Shown here in pieces: positions 53,211-64,000 of a stretch of DNA of 64,000 nucleotides (position 1 is the stretch's first letter; each line of letters opens with the position of its first letter). The stretch is taken from assembly GCA_964016885.1 (NCBI GenBank), contig OZ024742.1, positions 16,678,001 through 16,742,000 of the forward strand, written 5' to 3'. Made by a program: the position numbers and the translations under genes. Source of the DNA: Eledone cirrhosa (taxonomy: Eukaryota). The notes below the pieces were generated by a model that saw only the letters and a list, made by a program, of their open reading frames with translations, had not been told where the DNA came from and searched no databases.

Positions 53211-53400
53211 AATTGTTTCTACTTTTGACACAAGGCCAGCAATTATCCCAGTGTATTACTGGTACTTTATTTTATCGACCCCGTAAGGATGAAAGGCAAA
53301 GTTAACCTCGGCGGGATTTGAACTCAGACAATAAAGGGCCGTAACTCTTAGCTTGCCAAGCATGGCGTCTGAACGTCTACCGATACTGCCAATCCACCGT
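53211..53400 (-). mobile_element. tRNA-derived SINE, full length, within (AAT)n
   Basis: Complete head, B box, core and tail; (AAT)n at 53189-53213 and 53402-53443. Confidence 0.9.
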
Positions 53401-53401
53401 C

Positions 53402-53473
<72 letters not shown>

Positions 53474-53650
53474 AAGAAAAGAAGAAGAAAAAGAAGAAAA
53501 AAAAGAAGAAAAAAAAGGAGAAAAAGAAGATAAAACGAAAAAAAGAAAAAAAGAAGATGAAAAAGAAGCGGAAGAAAAAGATGAAGAAGAAGAAGAAGAA
53601 GAAGAAGAAGAAGAAGAAGAAGAAGAAGGAGGAGGTGAAGAAGAAGAAGA
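53402..53650. repeat. Compound (AAT)n-(AAG)n / A-G-rich tract
   Basis: Read directly. Confidence 0.9.
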
Positions 53651-53760
53651 TGGTTCCATAGAAATACTGTCTAGACATTTGTCCATCCATAAAGAATATG
53701 CCAACTAAATGACTTATATGATATTAGTTACTCTCAAAGATTTTGTGCATCAGATCATAA

Positions 53761-53837
53761 GAATGGCAGTAGTGGGAGGTACTTGGTCGTGGACGAATGG
53801 CAGTAGTGGGAGGTACTTGGTCGTGGACGAATGGCAA
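53761..53837. repeat. 34-bp perfect tandem duplication
   Basis: GAATGGCAGTAGTGGGAGGTACTTGGTCGTGGAC x2, plus GAATGGCA. Confidence 0.9.
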
Positions 53838-54186
53838 AGCTGAAGATTAGAATGTAAAGTGACACACCTTAAGATCACAAGAAAACTGTTGGTAACCTAC
53901 TAATGATGACAGTACCAGGGTTCAGATGATTCAAACAATATACACATGTGCACACACTTATACATACATACGTACACACCACACACATATACATGCATAC
54001 ATGCACACGCACACACACACAAACATACATACATACACTCACATACATACATACACACGCCCACACACACACACACAAACAGATATACATACGCACTTAT
54101 ATACATACATATATACATGCATGCATGCATACGTGCACACATACATACACACACACATGTATATATATAAATAAATCTCTACGTCA

Positions 54187-54406
<220 letters not shown>

Positions 54407-54451
54407 TAAAATATAGGTATTAATAAAATAGATGTTCTTTTGATCAATTAC

Positions 54452-54504
54452 ATTTTATTATACATATTTCGGATGTACAACAGTACGTCCTCATCAGACA
54501 AAAT
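54452..54504 (-). ncRNA. Minimal type-I hammerhead ribozyme motif
   Basis: Minus strand ATTTTGT-CTGATGA-GGAcGTAC(tgtt)GTACaTCC-GAAA-TATGTA-TA-ATAAAAT. Confidence 0.75.
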
Positions 54505-54509
54505 ATAAT

Positions 54510-54578
54510 TGTTTCTACTTTAGGGACAAGGCCGGCAAATACCCAGTGCATTACTGGTACTTTATTTTATCGACCTCG
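54510..54578 (-). mobile_element. 5'-truncated SINE with 15-bp target-site duplication
   Basis: SINE core/tail flanked by CAGACAAAATATAAT at 54495-54509 and 54579-54593. Confidence 0.88.
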
Positions 54579-54763
54579 CAGACAAAATATAATGATACAT
54601 GACATACCCTGAGATGTTAAATGGTTAAGATTTAATCAAGGTAGTATTTTATTAATACTTATATTTTAATATTAATAACTCCAGAAAATTATTTTTACGT
54701 TGAGTGCTTCCAATCTACTGTAAAACTCATTCTTTGACATATTCATTGAATATTGTTTAACAC

Positions 54764-54836
<73 letters not shown>

Positions 54837-54943
54837 TATATATATGTATATATATATATATCTATATATGTATATATATATGTATGTGTTTATATATATA
54901 TATATATATATATAAACACACACATATATATATACATATATAG

Positions 54944-55048
<105 letters not shown>

Positions 55049-55792
55049 ATGTATTTCTTCTAGTGACTTATATGGACTTATGGGATTTCCCAATATATAC
55101 TTGAAGATTGACACGGGATAAACTTAAAACGTACACGATATTAATGGTAACTTATTTACATCGCCTACAGTGACATCTATGTCACTGATACAGATTTACG
55201 AAATATTGGCTTTAAAAATGGCATTCATTGTCTGATTTCCCTATAGATTAACATTTAACTTGAAACACTGACCCTAGTTATGGGAATTTGATCAGTGCTT
55301 TGATATATAACACATTCATCGCCGTCACGGCATTAGCTTATGCCATGCTGAAAGGTTATTGAAAAACATTGTTTTCTGTTATATAAAAACTACAATAACA
55401 ACAGAACAAATTCGCTTCTTAACACACTGTTTCTTTCAAAATATACATAGTAAATATACAATAGAATACAATGGGAGGAAACATAATAGTACCACTGCTG
55501 ATGTCACAGATGTGTGACGAAAGAACTTTCATAGACTATATATATATATTTATATCTGTATTTTTAACCGTTGGTCAATCAATGATAAACATTGATTGCC
55601 AAATAATTTAACTATGGAGATATAAAAGATACAGAAGCGAAAACCAACCAAACAGTGAGTGTGTTCTGTTATTATTTCTGGCAATATTATTATAACAATA
55701 TGACCCTCTCCAAGTATAACATATATATATATATATAATTATAAATAAAATAACAGGAGGCTGGACTGGTGTAAATCCTTGAAAGGTTTATT

Positions 55793-55850
55793 ATACTATG
55801 ATCATTTCAATGATCGGGTTCCGTATGAATCCGGTGATATCATCAGGTAT
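55793..55850 (-). ncRNA. Hammerhead motif, stem II partly decayed
   Basis: Minus strand ATAC-CTGATGA-tatcacCGGaTTC(atacg)GAAcCCGatcatt-GAAA-TGATCA-TA-GTAT. Confidence 0.58.
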
Positions 55851-56050
55851 TCGAAATATAACAAAGGAATATAACAGATAAAATCCATGGGTCCGAAAAT
55901 CAAAGACAAAGAGGACGACTGACCAACTAGCTGCTTTCACCTCGGTCAGTCGCCCTCAAGTGATGGCTACTCGGTCTACTAATGACCATTTGGTGAAGGG
56001 GCGAAGGCTTATAATGTACTACCACCTCTCTGTCAAAGAGAATAAAAAAA

Positions 56051-56134
<84 letters not shown>

Positions 56135-56914
56135 TCAGCGTAAGGGTCACACTACAGTCAGGCTAGAAATCGCCGCGAAAAATGTTATTCCAAAGAACCT
56201 ATATCTTAACAGAGGCATATATAATGGGTGTCTATATGGTATAATGTGTGAACAGAAAATTGGAACGTTAAACTTATGTTTAGAGTTATAGGATGAAATT
56301 AAATTAAAAATTAAAAAAATTATTAAAAATAAAATGTTTGGGTTGCGAGATTTATTTAATGAAATTACAGAGAGAGTCTTATATGAAAAAGTTTAAATGT
56401 ATTATAGGGAATCTCGATAAGTTATCAGGGTGGGATATAGAGTAAAGATTAAAGCCTCCGATTGTAAATCCCAGTCAGTACCAACGTGACAGCCAGTTTC
56501 GAGTGGTATCGTCTAACAAAAGAAATGGAAATTAATTTTTCAAAGTACTCTAGGAACGTAACTGTCTTAGGCTCCGGGTGTGCTAGCGGGAAGTCTACCA
56601 TCTTCAACAGGCCATCGTCTATACCAAACGAATACCATTAATTCACACAGGAGGGGTTTATTTACGTGCCAGTAGAGGGAGGCATGATACAGCTAATAGT
56701 TATGCTTAGACCTAGAGTTAATAGGTATAATATGGTGGTCAAAACAGGCGGCGCGGCGAGCCCCGGGGCGAAGCGAGCCGTTCCGAGTAATTTCGTCCAC
56801 CGAAAGAGAGGAAATTTATTTTTCCCAGCACTCAAGGAAGGCTGAACCACCCGAGCGCCCGGCGCGTAGCCGGGAAAGCCACCACATCAGTCGAAAGTGG
56901 TAAAACCCGATGAA

Positions 56915-57605
56915 ATATATTGATGTTGTGAACAACAGTTTCGTATTTACAGGGTGTAATGGATGCGACATATATTACACGAGAATTGTACAACAATTCA
57001 AATTAAAAGCACACAGTGGAATACATGCGACAGATAATACAAGAGAATAGTCTAATAATTAAAGAGGCATTGAGAAAAAATGAAGACACCAGTAGTACAT
57101 ATGCAAACGTGTAGGAAGTGCACCTGCGTTAGTCATATATATGAGAAGGAAACAAGCAGAGTTATTAGGCATATATAAATAAATAAATAAATACTGTATG
57201 GCAAAGGTATCACATAAAATACCAAGCAAATATGTTAGTGCATTTAAAATTTATGGCGGATGTAATGTGATGATAGTGTTCAAATTTGTGTGTCGAGAAA
57301 ATCAAAGTTATTGTTGTCTTTTCCATTACATATGTTAAATTATATTTTAGTTAATGTTTATATTGAATGTTTATTTACATTCAATGACTAACGCAGGTGC
57401 ACTTCCTACACATTTGAATATGTACTGCTAGTGTCTTCATTCTTTCTCAATGCCTCTTTAATTATTAGACTATTCTCTTGTATTATCTGTCGCATGTATT
57501 CCACTCTGTGCTTTTAACTTGAATTTGTGTACAAGTCTCGTGTAATATATGTCGCATCCATTACACCCTGTAAATACTAAACTGTTGTTCACAACATCAA
57601 TATAT
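56915..57605. repeat. Long inverted repeat (~220-bp arms 56915-57136 / 57384-57605, ~250-bp spacer)
   Basis: ATATTGATGTTGTGAACAACAG...GTGCACCTGCGTTAGTCAT and its reverse complement, with scattered mismatches. Confidence 0.92.
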
Positions 57606-57665
57606 ATGTATCTATATGATTGTTCAGTTGATTAGGAGGTTAATTATATGTACAAACATTGATAA

Positions 57666-57712
57666 TGCTCCGATGACTCGAAACGAAAGTTTGGAAGAAA
57701 CGATTGTCAGCA
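57666..57712 (+). ncRNA. Degenerate hammerhead-like motif
   Basis: TGCT-CCGATGA-...-GAAA-CGATTG-TC-AGCA; U4C change and poor stem II. Confidence 0.35.
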
Positions 57713-58060
57713 ATTTAATGATTTGAACATAACTTTGATAATTGTGTAATTTATATTCCTGCTCTGTAAAACACCTGATGTTCTTACATTGAGCTATTTC
57801 TCTTACTGGTAATAAGATAGTAAGAAATTACTGACCTTTCCTGTTTATAGTTGTTTATAGTATATACATAACTATACATAGTATCATCATTATTATATAT
57901 ATAGTAATAATAATAAATGTGAAGACTAAAGTCCGAAGAGGGCTCGATAAGGATAAATATATATCAAATATATAAGAACCCCAGAGCAAATATTTATTAA
58001 AATAACAGATTAAAGTTTAAGCAAAGAATCGCTGCTTAAACTTTAATCTGTTATTTTGAT

Positions 58061-58121
<61 letters not shown>

Positions 58122-58239
58122 GAAAACGGGGTTTCACATTAAGGTGGTTATTGATTATGCACAGTTACGACAGTTTCATAGATGGGTGACTCAGGAGCTC
58201 TCTACATTCCAGAACCACATCATGAGACTTATAACTGAC

Positions 58240-58450
58240 AAATGACTCAGCACCATATCTTTATGAATAAGCTACTCAACATTACCAAGCTTAAACCAAC
58301 CACATCAGTTATCAAGTCACTAGTACTTAAACTGTATGGTCATATCAGAAGATCAGCTCGTGGTGTGATTAAGTTATGCCTAAAAGGAAAGTTAGCTGAA
58401 AAGAGAAGCAGAGGTCGACAGCCAAAACGCTGGCTTAATGTCAACTTATA
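58240..58450 (+). pseudogene. RTE-clade LINE C-terminal fragment
   Basis: LKLYGHIRR...LKGKLAEKRSRGRQPKRWL matches the RTE C-terminal GH..R / G.R.RGRP..RW motif. Confidence 0.7.
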
Positions 58451-59025
58451 GACTGGACTTGACCTCCGCTTTTTAAATCCTGTTTGCGATTGAAATTTGT
58501 GGAGGAGAATATCTGAGGTTGCTGCGGAGTCTGCAATAAGCGGAGTGAACGTCTAGGAACATTAATCTTTGTGATTTCTTTCGTTTCCTCTTCCTCAAAG
58601 AGTAACAAGAGAAGCTGGTGCCAATATAACGTATTTGTTCTTCTTCGACTTCTAAAATCATCACCAACGTTGTGATCAGACACAGTCAAGAATCAAAAAC
58701 TCACATTTGCTATTTAAAGTGTAATTCAAATGATGTGGCATTGTTTATACAAGCATTTTTTGAAAGGTGTTCTAATACCATTTAAGAGGCCTAAATAACT
58801 GGAATCCGAATTGTTTGGTAAATTTATAACTTTTGACTCATAGTTCTTTATAAATTCGAATATATTACACCACGTTTGATTATCAATTGCTATATCGATT
58901 GATGCTTCTGATATTATTCATCAAAGCAAAGCAAAACGTCTTATCTATTCAAAAATATAATTAGTATGTTTAAAAAATTTCATTAAAAAATCTACTTTAA
59001 TTATTCCCTCAGACCTCTTAATCGA

Positions 59026-59118
59026 AATAATGGTTTCTTACATAGGCACAAGGCCAGCAATTTGGGGGGAGGGGAAAGTCGATTAAATCGACCCCAGTGC
59101 GTGACTGGTACTTTATCG
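59026..59118 (-). mobile_element. SINE 3' fragment
   Basis: GGCACAAGGCCAGCAATTTGGGGGGAGGGGAAAGTCGATTAAATCGACCCCAGTGCGTGACTGGTACT. Confidence 0.8.
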
Positions 59119-59447
59119 AAATAATAAAAGCAACTATTATTTAGATTTAGTATAATTTTCTTGCATATCTCAATTTGTTTTATTTCGGTTTCTTCAGTCA
59201 TCTTTATTTGAGGTTTCTATGTCTTATTAGTGGTAAGAAACTCTCTGGAGAGCTGGACAGCAGAAGGTCTTCAGAGAAGGAAACTCACTGAAGCGAGTGT
59301 TTCAGCCCTTAAATTCTTACACTCTAAGGGGGCCTGGTAGCATCCAGGGGATGATTACTGGGTGCCCTTTTGCTGGCATGTTGACAAATATCGGAAACTT
59401 ACGGTGTATTTAAACTGTATAGTTAAAATACAATATAATATAGTATT

Positions 59448-59585
59448 GTCGAGCTCATCCACAAATTCGGAAAGTTAGCAACTCGTCTGAGGAAGGATCC
59501 CCGTGAGTTGGGGTGGCCGTTGCAGCAGGTGTCGCTGGCCATTGTCCGCGTAAATCTCTTCGCAGTTTTGTCCACGGGGTGCAAC
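59448..59585 (+). pseudogene. RLE non-LTR element (CRE-like) extreme C-terminal fragment
   Basis: Manual translation ELIHKFGKLATRLRKDPRELGWPLQQVSLAIVRVNLFAVL resembles DPRE..WL.QRLSLA..RGN. Confidence 0.55.
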
Positions 59586-60889
59586 CCAAACACCACCCCA
59601 CCCTAGGTCCAGAGCCCATCATCTTCTCCCTCTATCCCTCCCTTACTTCTGTGGCCTAAGAGTCCTTGCTTTTCCCTCCTTTTACTCTCATTTATGGCAT
59701 TTATAGTCCTTCCTTCTCCTTTTCCATACAGTCAGATCTGCCCTTCTTTACCCCTCCCCCTTTTCTCATTACTTAATTTTGCTTTCATCTTTCTTTGTCA
59801 TATTTATGTAATCATCATTGATTTTAAAGCCAACTTTGTATATAATATATTTGTACGAAAAGTTTACCTTAATACATTTTTAACACAATTTCCATAAAAA
59901 TGTAGTATCTCCAATTTAATATAATTTTGTAACTTTATGACTTGTTTGTAATTAAAATAATACTTCAAAATCGTAAATTGCTAAAAGGTATGTTAAATAG
60001 GTTAATATTTACGGTTTTCCACACATCTTCAAATAAGAACCTTTCTGATTATTTTCCAAAGTTAGGGACTCTGTATTCAGAGAGGAACGAAAACGTATTA
60101 GGGAAATTTGATAGAGAGCATGTCGAATCCCCCCCCCTTTTTTCTCTTCTTTTATAAAAGTGTTTGTTTGTTTGTTTGTGTGTGTGTGAGTGCGCGCCTG
60201 TGTGTGTGCGTGTATTTGTGTATGTGTGTGTATGTCGGACATGGATGAAAAGCATCGGTTAACAAACATTACCTTCCCCTAGTTTCATTAGTGTTATGTC
60301 TTTTGTGGAATTGGTACCACACACAGTACACAATGTACTACGACTGGCGGTCGATAAAAGCGAGAGAAACTAATAAAATCTAGAAAATTATAGTAATGAC
60401 TAGACGTGACTTAAAATAACCAGCATAAACTTATAGAAAGAAACAAGACGAAAAAAAATCGTAGAAATAAAAGAAAGAATAAAACAAAAGAAATTAAGTA
60501 ACAAAAGAAGATGATAAAAAATGACTACTTAAAATAATTTAAATAAATTATGCATGAATAACAATTGAAAGCAAAGAAAAAATATAAAATAGAAGTTAAA
60601 GCTAAGACAATAAAAATAAGGTTACTGTCATCTGGGATCTGATGAAGTAATACGGACTAATAAAAATATACCGAATGACGTGGGAAGAAATATATATAAA
60701 ATAAAGGAATAAAACCTTATGTTTTATTGATTAAATATAATGAGATTTAAAGTAGATTACAAGGTGGTACAGTACAGATATATATATTGTTCAACTTTCT
60801 TTGCCATCTACTTATGTCAGAAAGGAAATATTTTATATACATGTACATATTAGACACGTGGTTTTCTTATATCGAGAAATTTTACTTTC

Positions 60890-61012
<123 letters not shown>

Positions 61013-61097
61013 ACACACACGCGCACACACACACACATAGACGCACACATAGACGCACACACAACTACGCTCCGCTCCCGACAAACGAAAACACCTC

Positions 61098-61165
<68 letters not shown>

Positions 61166-61223
61166 ATATATATATATACATGTATATATATATATACATA
61201 CATATATACATATATATATATAC

Positions 61224-61283
<60 letters not shown>

Positions 61284-61318
61284 GTTTATACACACACCAC
61301 GCACATATATATATATAC

Positions 61319-61349
<31 letters not shown>

Positions 61350-61768
61350 TATATACATGCACAGATATATATATATTAAATCCTGCACTAAGTAGCTGCA
61401 GCATAAAATAAATTCGTATCTAAAGAGAAACAATGCAAATTTTCAGTGAAGCTGTGATAAGTGTGTATGTTAACCCACACATGTAAAGACTGAAAGATCT
61501 CTTAGGTTCTGGGAAGCAAAATCAGAAACAGCCTAATCTCTCACAAGCCACAGAGCAGAGTATGACGTAACTAAAGATTTTATAAACCTATCGAATATAC
61601 CAGCAAGAGTGAAATACATACATACATACAAGCATACATGAATGCATACATACAACATACATAAATGCATACATACATACATAAATGCATACGTACAGGC
61701 ATACATACATACATACATACATACATACATACATACATACATACATACATACATACATACATACATAC

Positions 61769-61895
61769 TGCCTCAATACAAATCTTGAGAAGCTGGGCTT
61801 CACAGGAACAGAAAGAACATCACTAGTTAGGAAATTACAAGTACAATCAATTAATGGAACAGTAAAAAGTATGTAAAACATTCCAAAAATGTTGC
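61769..61895 (+). pseudogene. Possible R4/RLE LINE C-terminal remnant next to (CATA)n
   Basis: LNTNLEKLGF..ERTSLVRKLQVQSINGTVK.CKTF resembles the LQ..(L/I).GT..I C-termini of the Dong pieces in this window. Confidence 0.35.
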
Positions 61896-62375
61896 ATCTA
61901 ATAACTGTATATACACATGTACAGATACAAAGCGTATACACATGCACACATACAACTCAAAACATACACATCCACACATACAATAACATCCATATCTACA
62001 CATGCATGGATACATAATCTACCTAGTTGATGTTGTCTAAATTCCAATGAGAGAGTCTTGTGTCTATGTTAGAAGCCGACTCTCTCTGTATTGGGAAAAA
62101 ATTTGTGAAATTATAAAACCAGAAGAACATACATACATACATACATACATACATACATACATACATACATACATACATACATACATACATACATACATGA
62201 TGGCTGCCCACTCGTTATCGAGTATGGCCATTGCACGAGGAGGAAAAAAAATTAATAAATAAATAAAAAAGAAAAAAAATATATATATATATAACGGAGG
62301 AAATGTGGTAAGGAACCAGGTGGACCTTAACGCACCAAAGTACTCAATACTTAGGGTAGTAGAGTGGGTAATAGG

Positions 62376-63616
62376 AACGAGTAGGACCCCGACGGCTGAG
62401 CTCAAGCCGTTTCGACGGCTAATTCTGGACTAAATGAAAATTTTTATCCTGGTATTTGAATAGCCGAGCTTCTCAAGGGGTAATTCCATATATGGTAAAA
62501 GTGATTGTCACAAGGATTGGTCAAAAGTTTGTTGTTGAGACATAATAATTCTATGATGGCAATTTGTGGAGGGAAGGGGTAGCTGAACCTGCCAGTAGGA
62601 GAAAGAGGGAGAGGGCGTGTAGGAGACCCATTCATGCGTTGATAGTGCCGACTACAGCTGGGCATGAGGTCAAAGAAGAAACTAGGGAGGGGGAGGGACA
62701 GGAAGGCGAAACAATAAGTAGAACAGTATGGGGTAAATATATAGAAAAATACCGAGAGTGTTAAAAAGCAATTAAATGTAAAAAAAAAAAAAAAAAAATT
62801 CTGGTTACTACGACCTAAGTCTCTCACTGGTACTGCTAGGCTAAAGAAAGGTAAACTAGGTGGGACGGAATTATAATGGGACCCTTTTAAGAGGTATAAG
62901 TAATAAACCGAATATATCTTACAGTGACGGGTCAACAAGTGAGGGGCCAAGATACTAAAGAAACTACCACTAAATAATAAATTAAGGTTTCTACCCCAGG
63001 CACAAGGCCAGGAACCACCCAGTGCAAAAAAGTAAACTAATGCGAAATAATAAATCAGAGTCCCGAAAAAGAATACTAATACTATCTCTAAGGGTGCCGC
63101 CACGATACAAAAGTTCTAGTGCAAGCTACATAAAAGCTCGTACGAAGTATATGTAAAATTAGATACGGAAAATTAATTCAGAATCCCCCCCCCTCCAAAA
63201 AAAGGCTGATATACGAGAAATTAAAGCAAAGATACCACTAAGAAATATAAAAAGCACGGAAAAGGGGCAGCGGTCGGATAAGAGGGCAAGTATCCGGAGT
63301 CTAACACATCTGCTATATTCTTTGACCTCATGCCCAGCTGTAGTCGGCACTATCAACGCATGAATGGGTCTCCTACACCCCCTCTCCCTCTTTCTCCTAC
63401 TGGCAGGTTCAGCTACCCCTTCCCTCCACAAATTGCCATCATAGAATTATTATGTCTCAACAACAAACTTTTGACCAATCCTTGTGACAATCACTTTTAC
63501 CATATATGGAATTACCCTTTGAGAAGCTCGGCTATTCAAATACCAGGATAAAAATTTTCATTTAGTCCAGAATTAGCCGTCGAAACGGCTTGAGCTCAGC
63601 CGTCGGGGTTCTACTC

Positions 63617-63619
<3 letters not shown>
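62376..63619. repeat. Long near-perfect inverted repeat (~300-bp arms 62376-62677 / 63318-63619, ~640-bp spacer)
   Basis: Arms read as reverse complements; the ORF track gives near-identical peptides on opposite strands (MWREGVAEPASRR.., MPSCSRHYQRM..). Confidence 0.93.
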
Positions 63620-63711
<92 letters not shown>

Positions 63712-63898
63712 CACATATACATACACATATACACACACACATATATACACACACACATACATTAATAACAATAATAATAATAATAACAACAATAATAATA
63801 ACGACAACAACAATAATAATATACATATACATATATATATACACATATACGCACACACATAGATGTGAGAAAAACCACAGACCCTCCATCTCAACTCA

Positions 63899-63936
63899 CC
63901 TTTTGAAAAGCAGAAGAACTGCGAAACCGGTAGAGG
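63899..63936 (+). ncRNA. Minimal hammerhead motif with U3-A8 variant core
   Basis: CCTT-TTGAAAA-GCAG(aagaa)CTGC-GAAA-CCGG-TA-GAGG. Confidence 0.68.
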
Positions 63937-64000
63937 AACCAAATAAATATATATATTTAAAAAAAAAATAAGACACCAGTTGCATTTTCGATTTCATCTC

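Overview
Eukaryotic, gene-free, repeat-saturated DNA. It is most likely an octopus (cephalopod) genome; this is inferred from the tRNA-derived SINE family, the dense (TA)n/(CA)n/(GA)n/(AAT)n microsatellites and the abundance of Penelope elements. No host protein-coding exon could be supported. Contents from left to right: a 7.5-kb 27-bp satellite with higher-order structure, abutting a SINE whose Pol III head is amplified into a 45-bp array; a ~70-bp minisatellite; decayed Gypsy RT, CR1, mariner, Helitron, RTE and RLE-LINE fragments; two Hydra-type Penelope fragments; and one near-intact Penelope-like element (RT + GIY-YIG, 34.9-39.0 kb) with a nested inverted 5' structure. At 42-53.4 kb, three Tx1-like LINE pieces, three Dong/R4 pieces and a SINE are strung along (AAT)n tracts with clade-specific polarity. 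Reading the non-coding sequence by eye also shows about a dozen minimal type-I hammerhead ribozyme motifs on both strands. Several carry a U3-A8 compensatory core (UUGANAA), and many lie in fold-back duplications. Nearly all long ORFs in the supplied track are repeat artefacts. Coordinates were counted by hand and may be off by a few bases.
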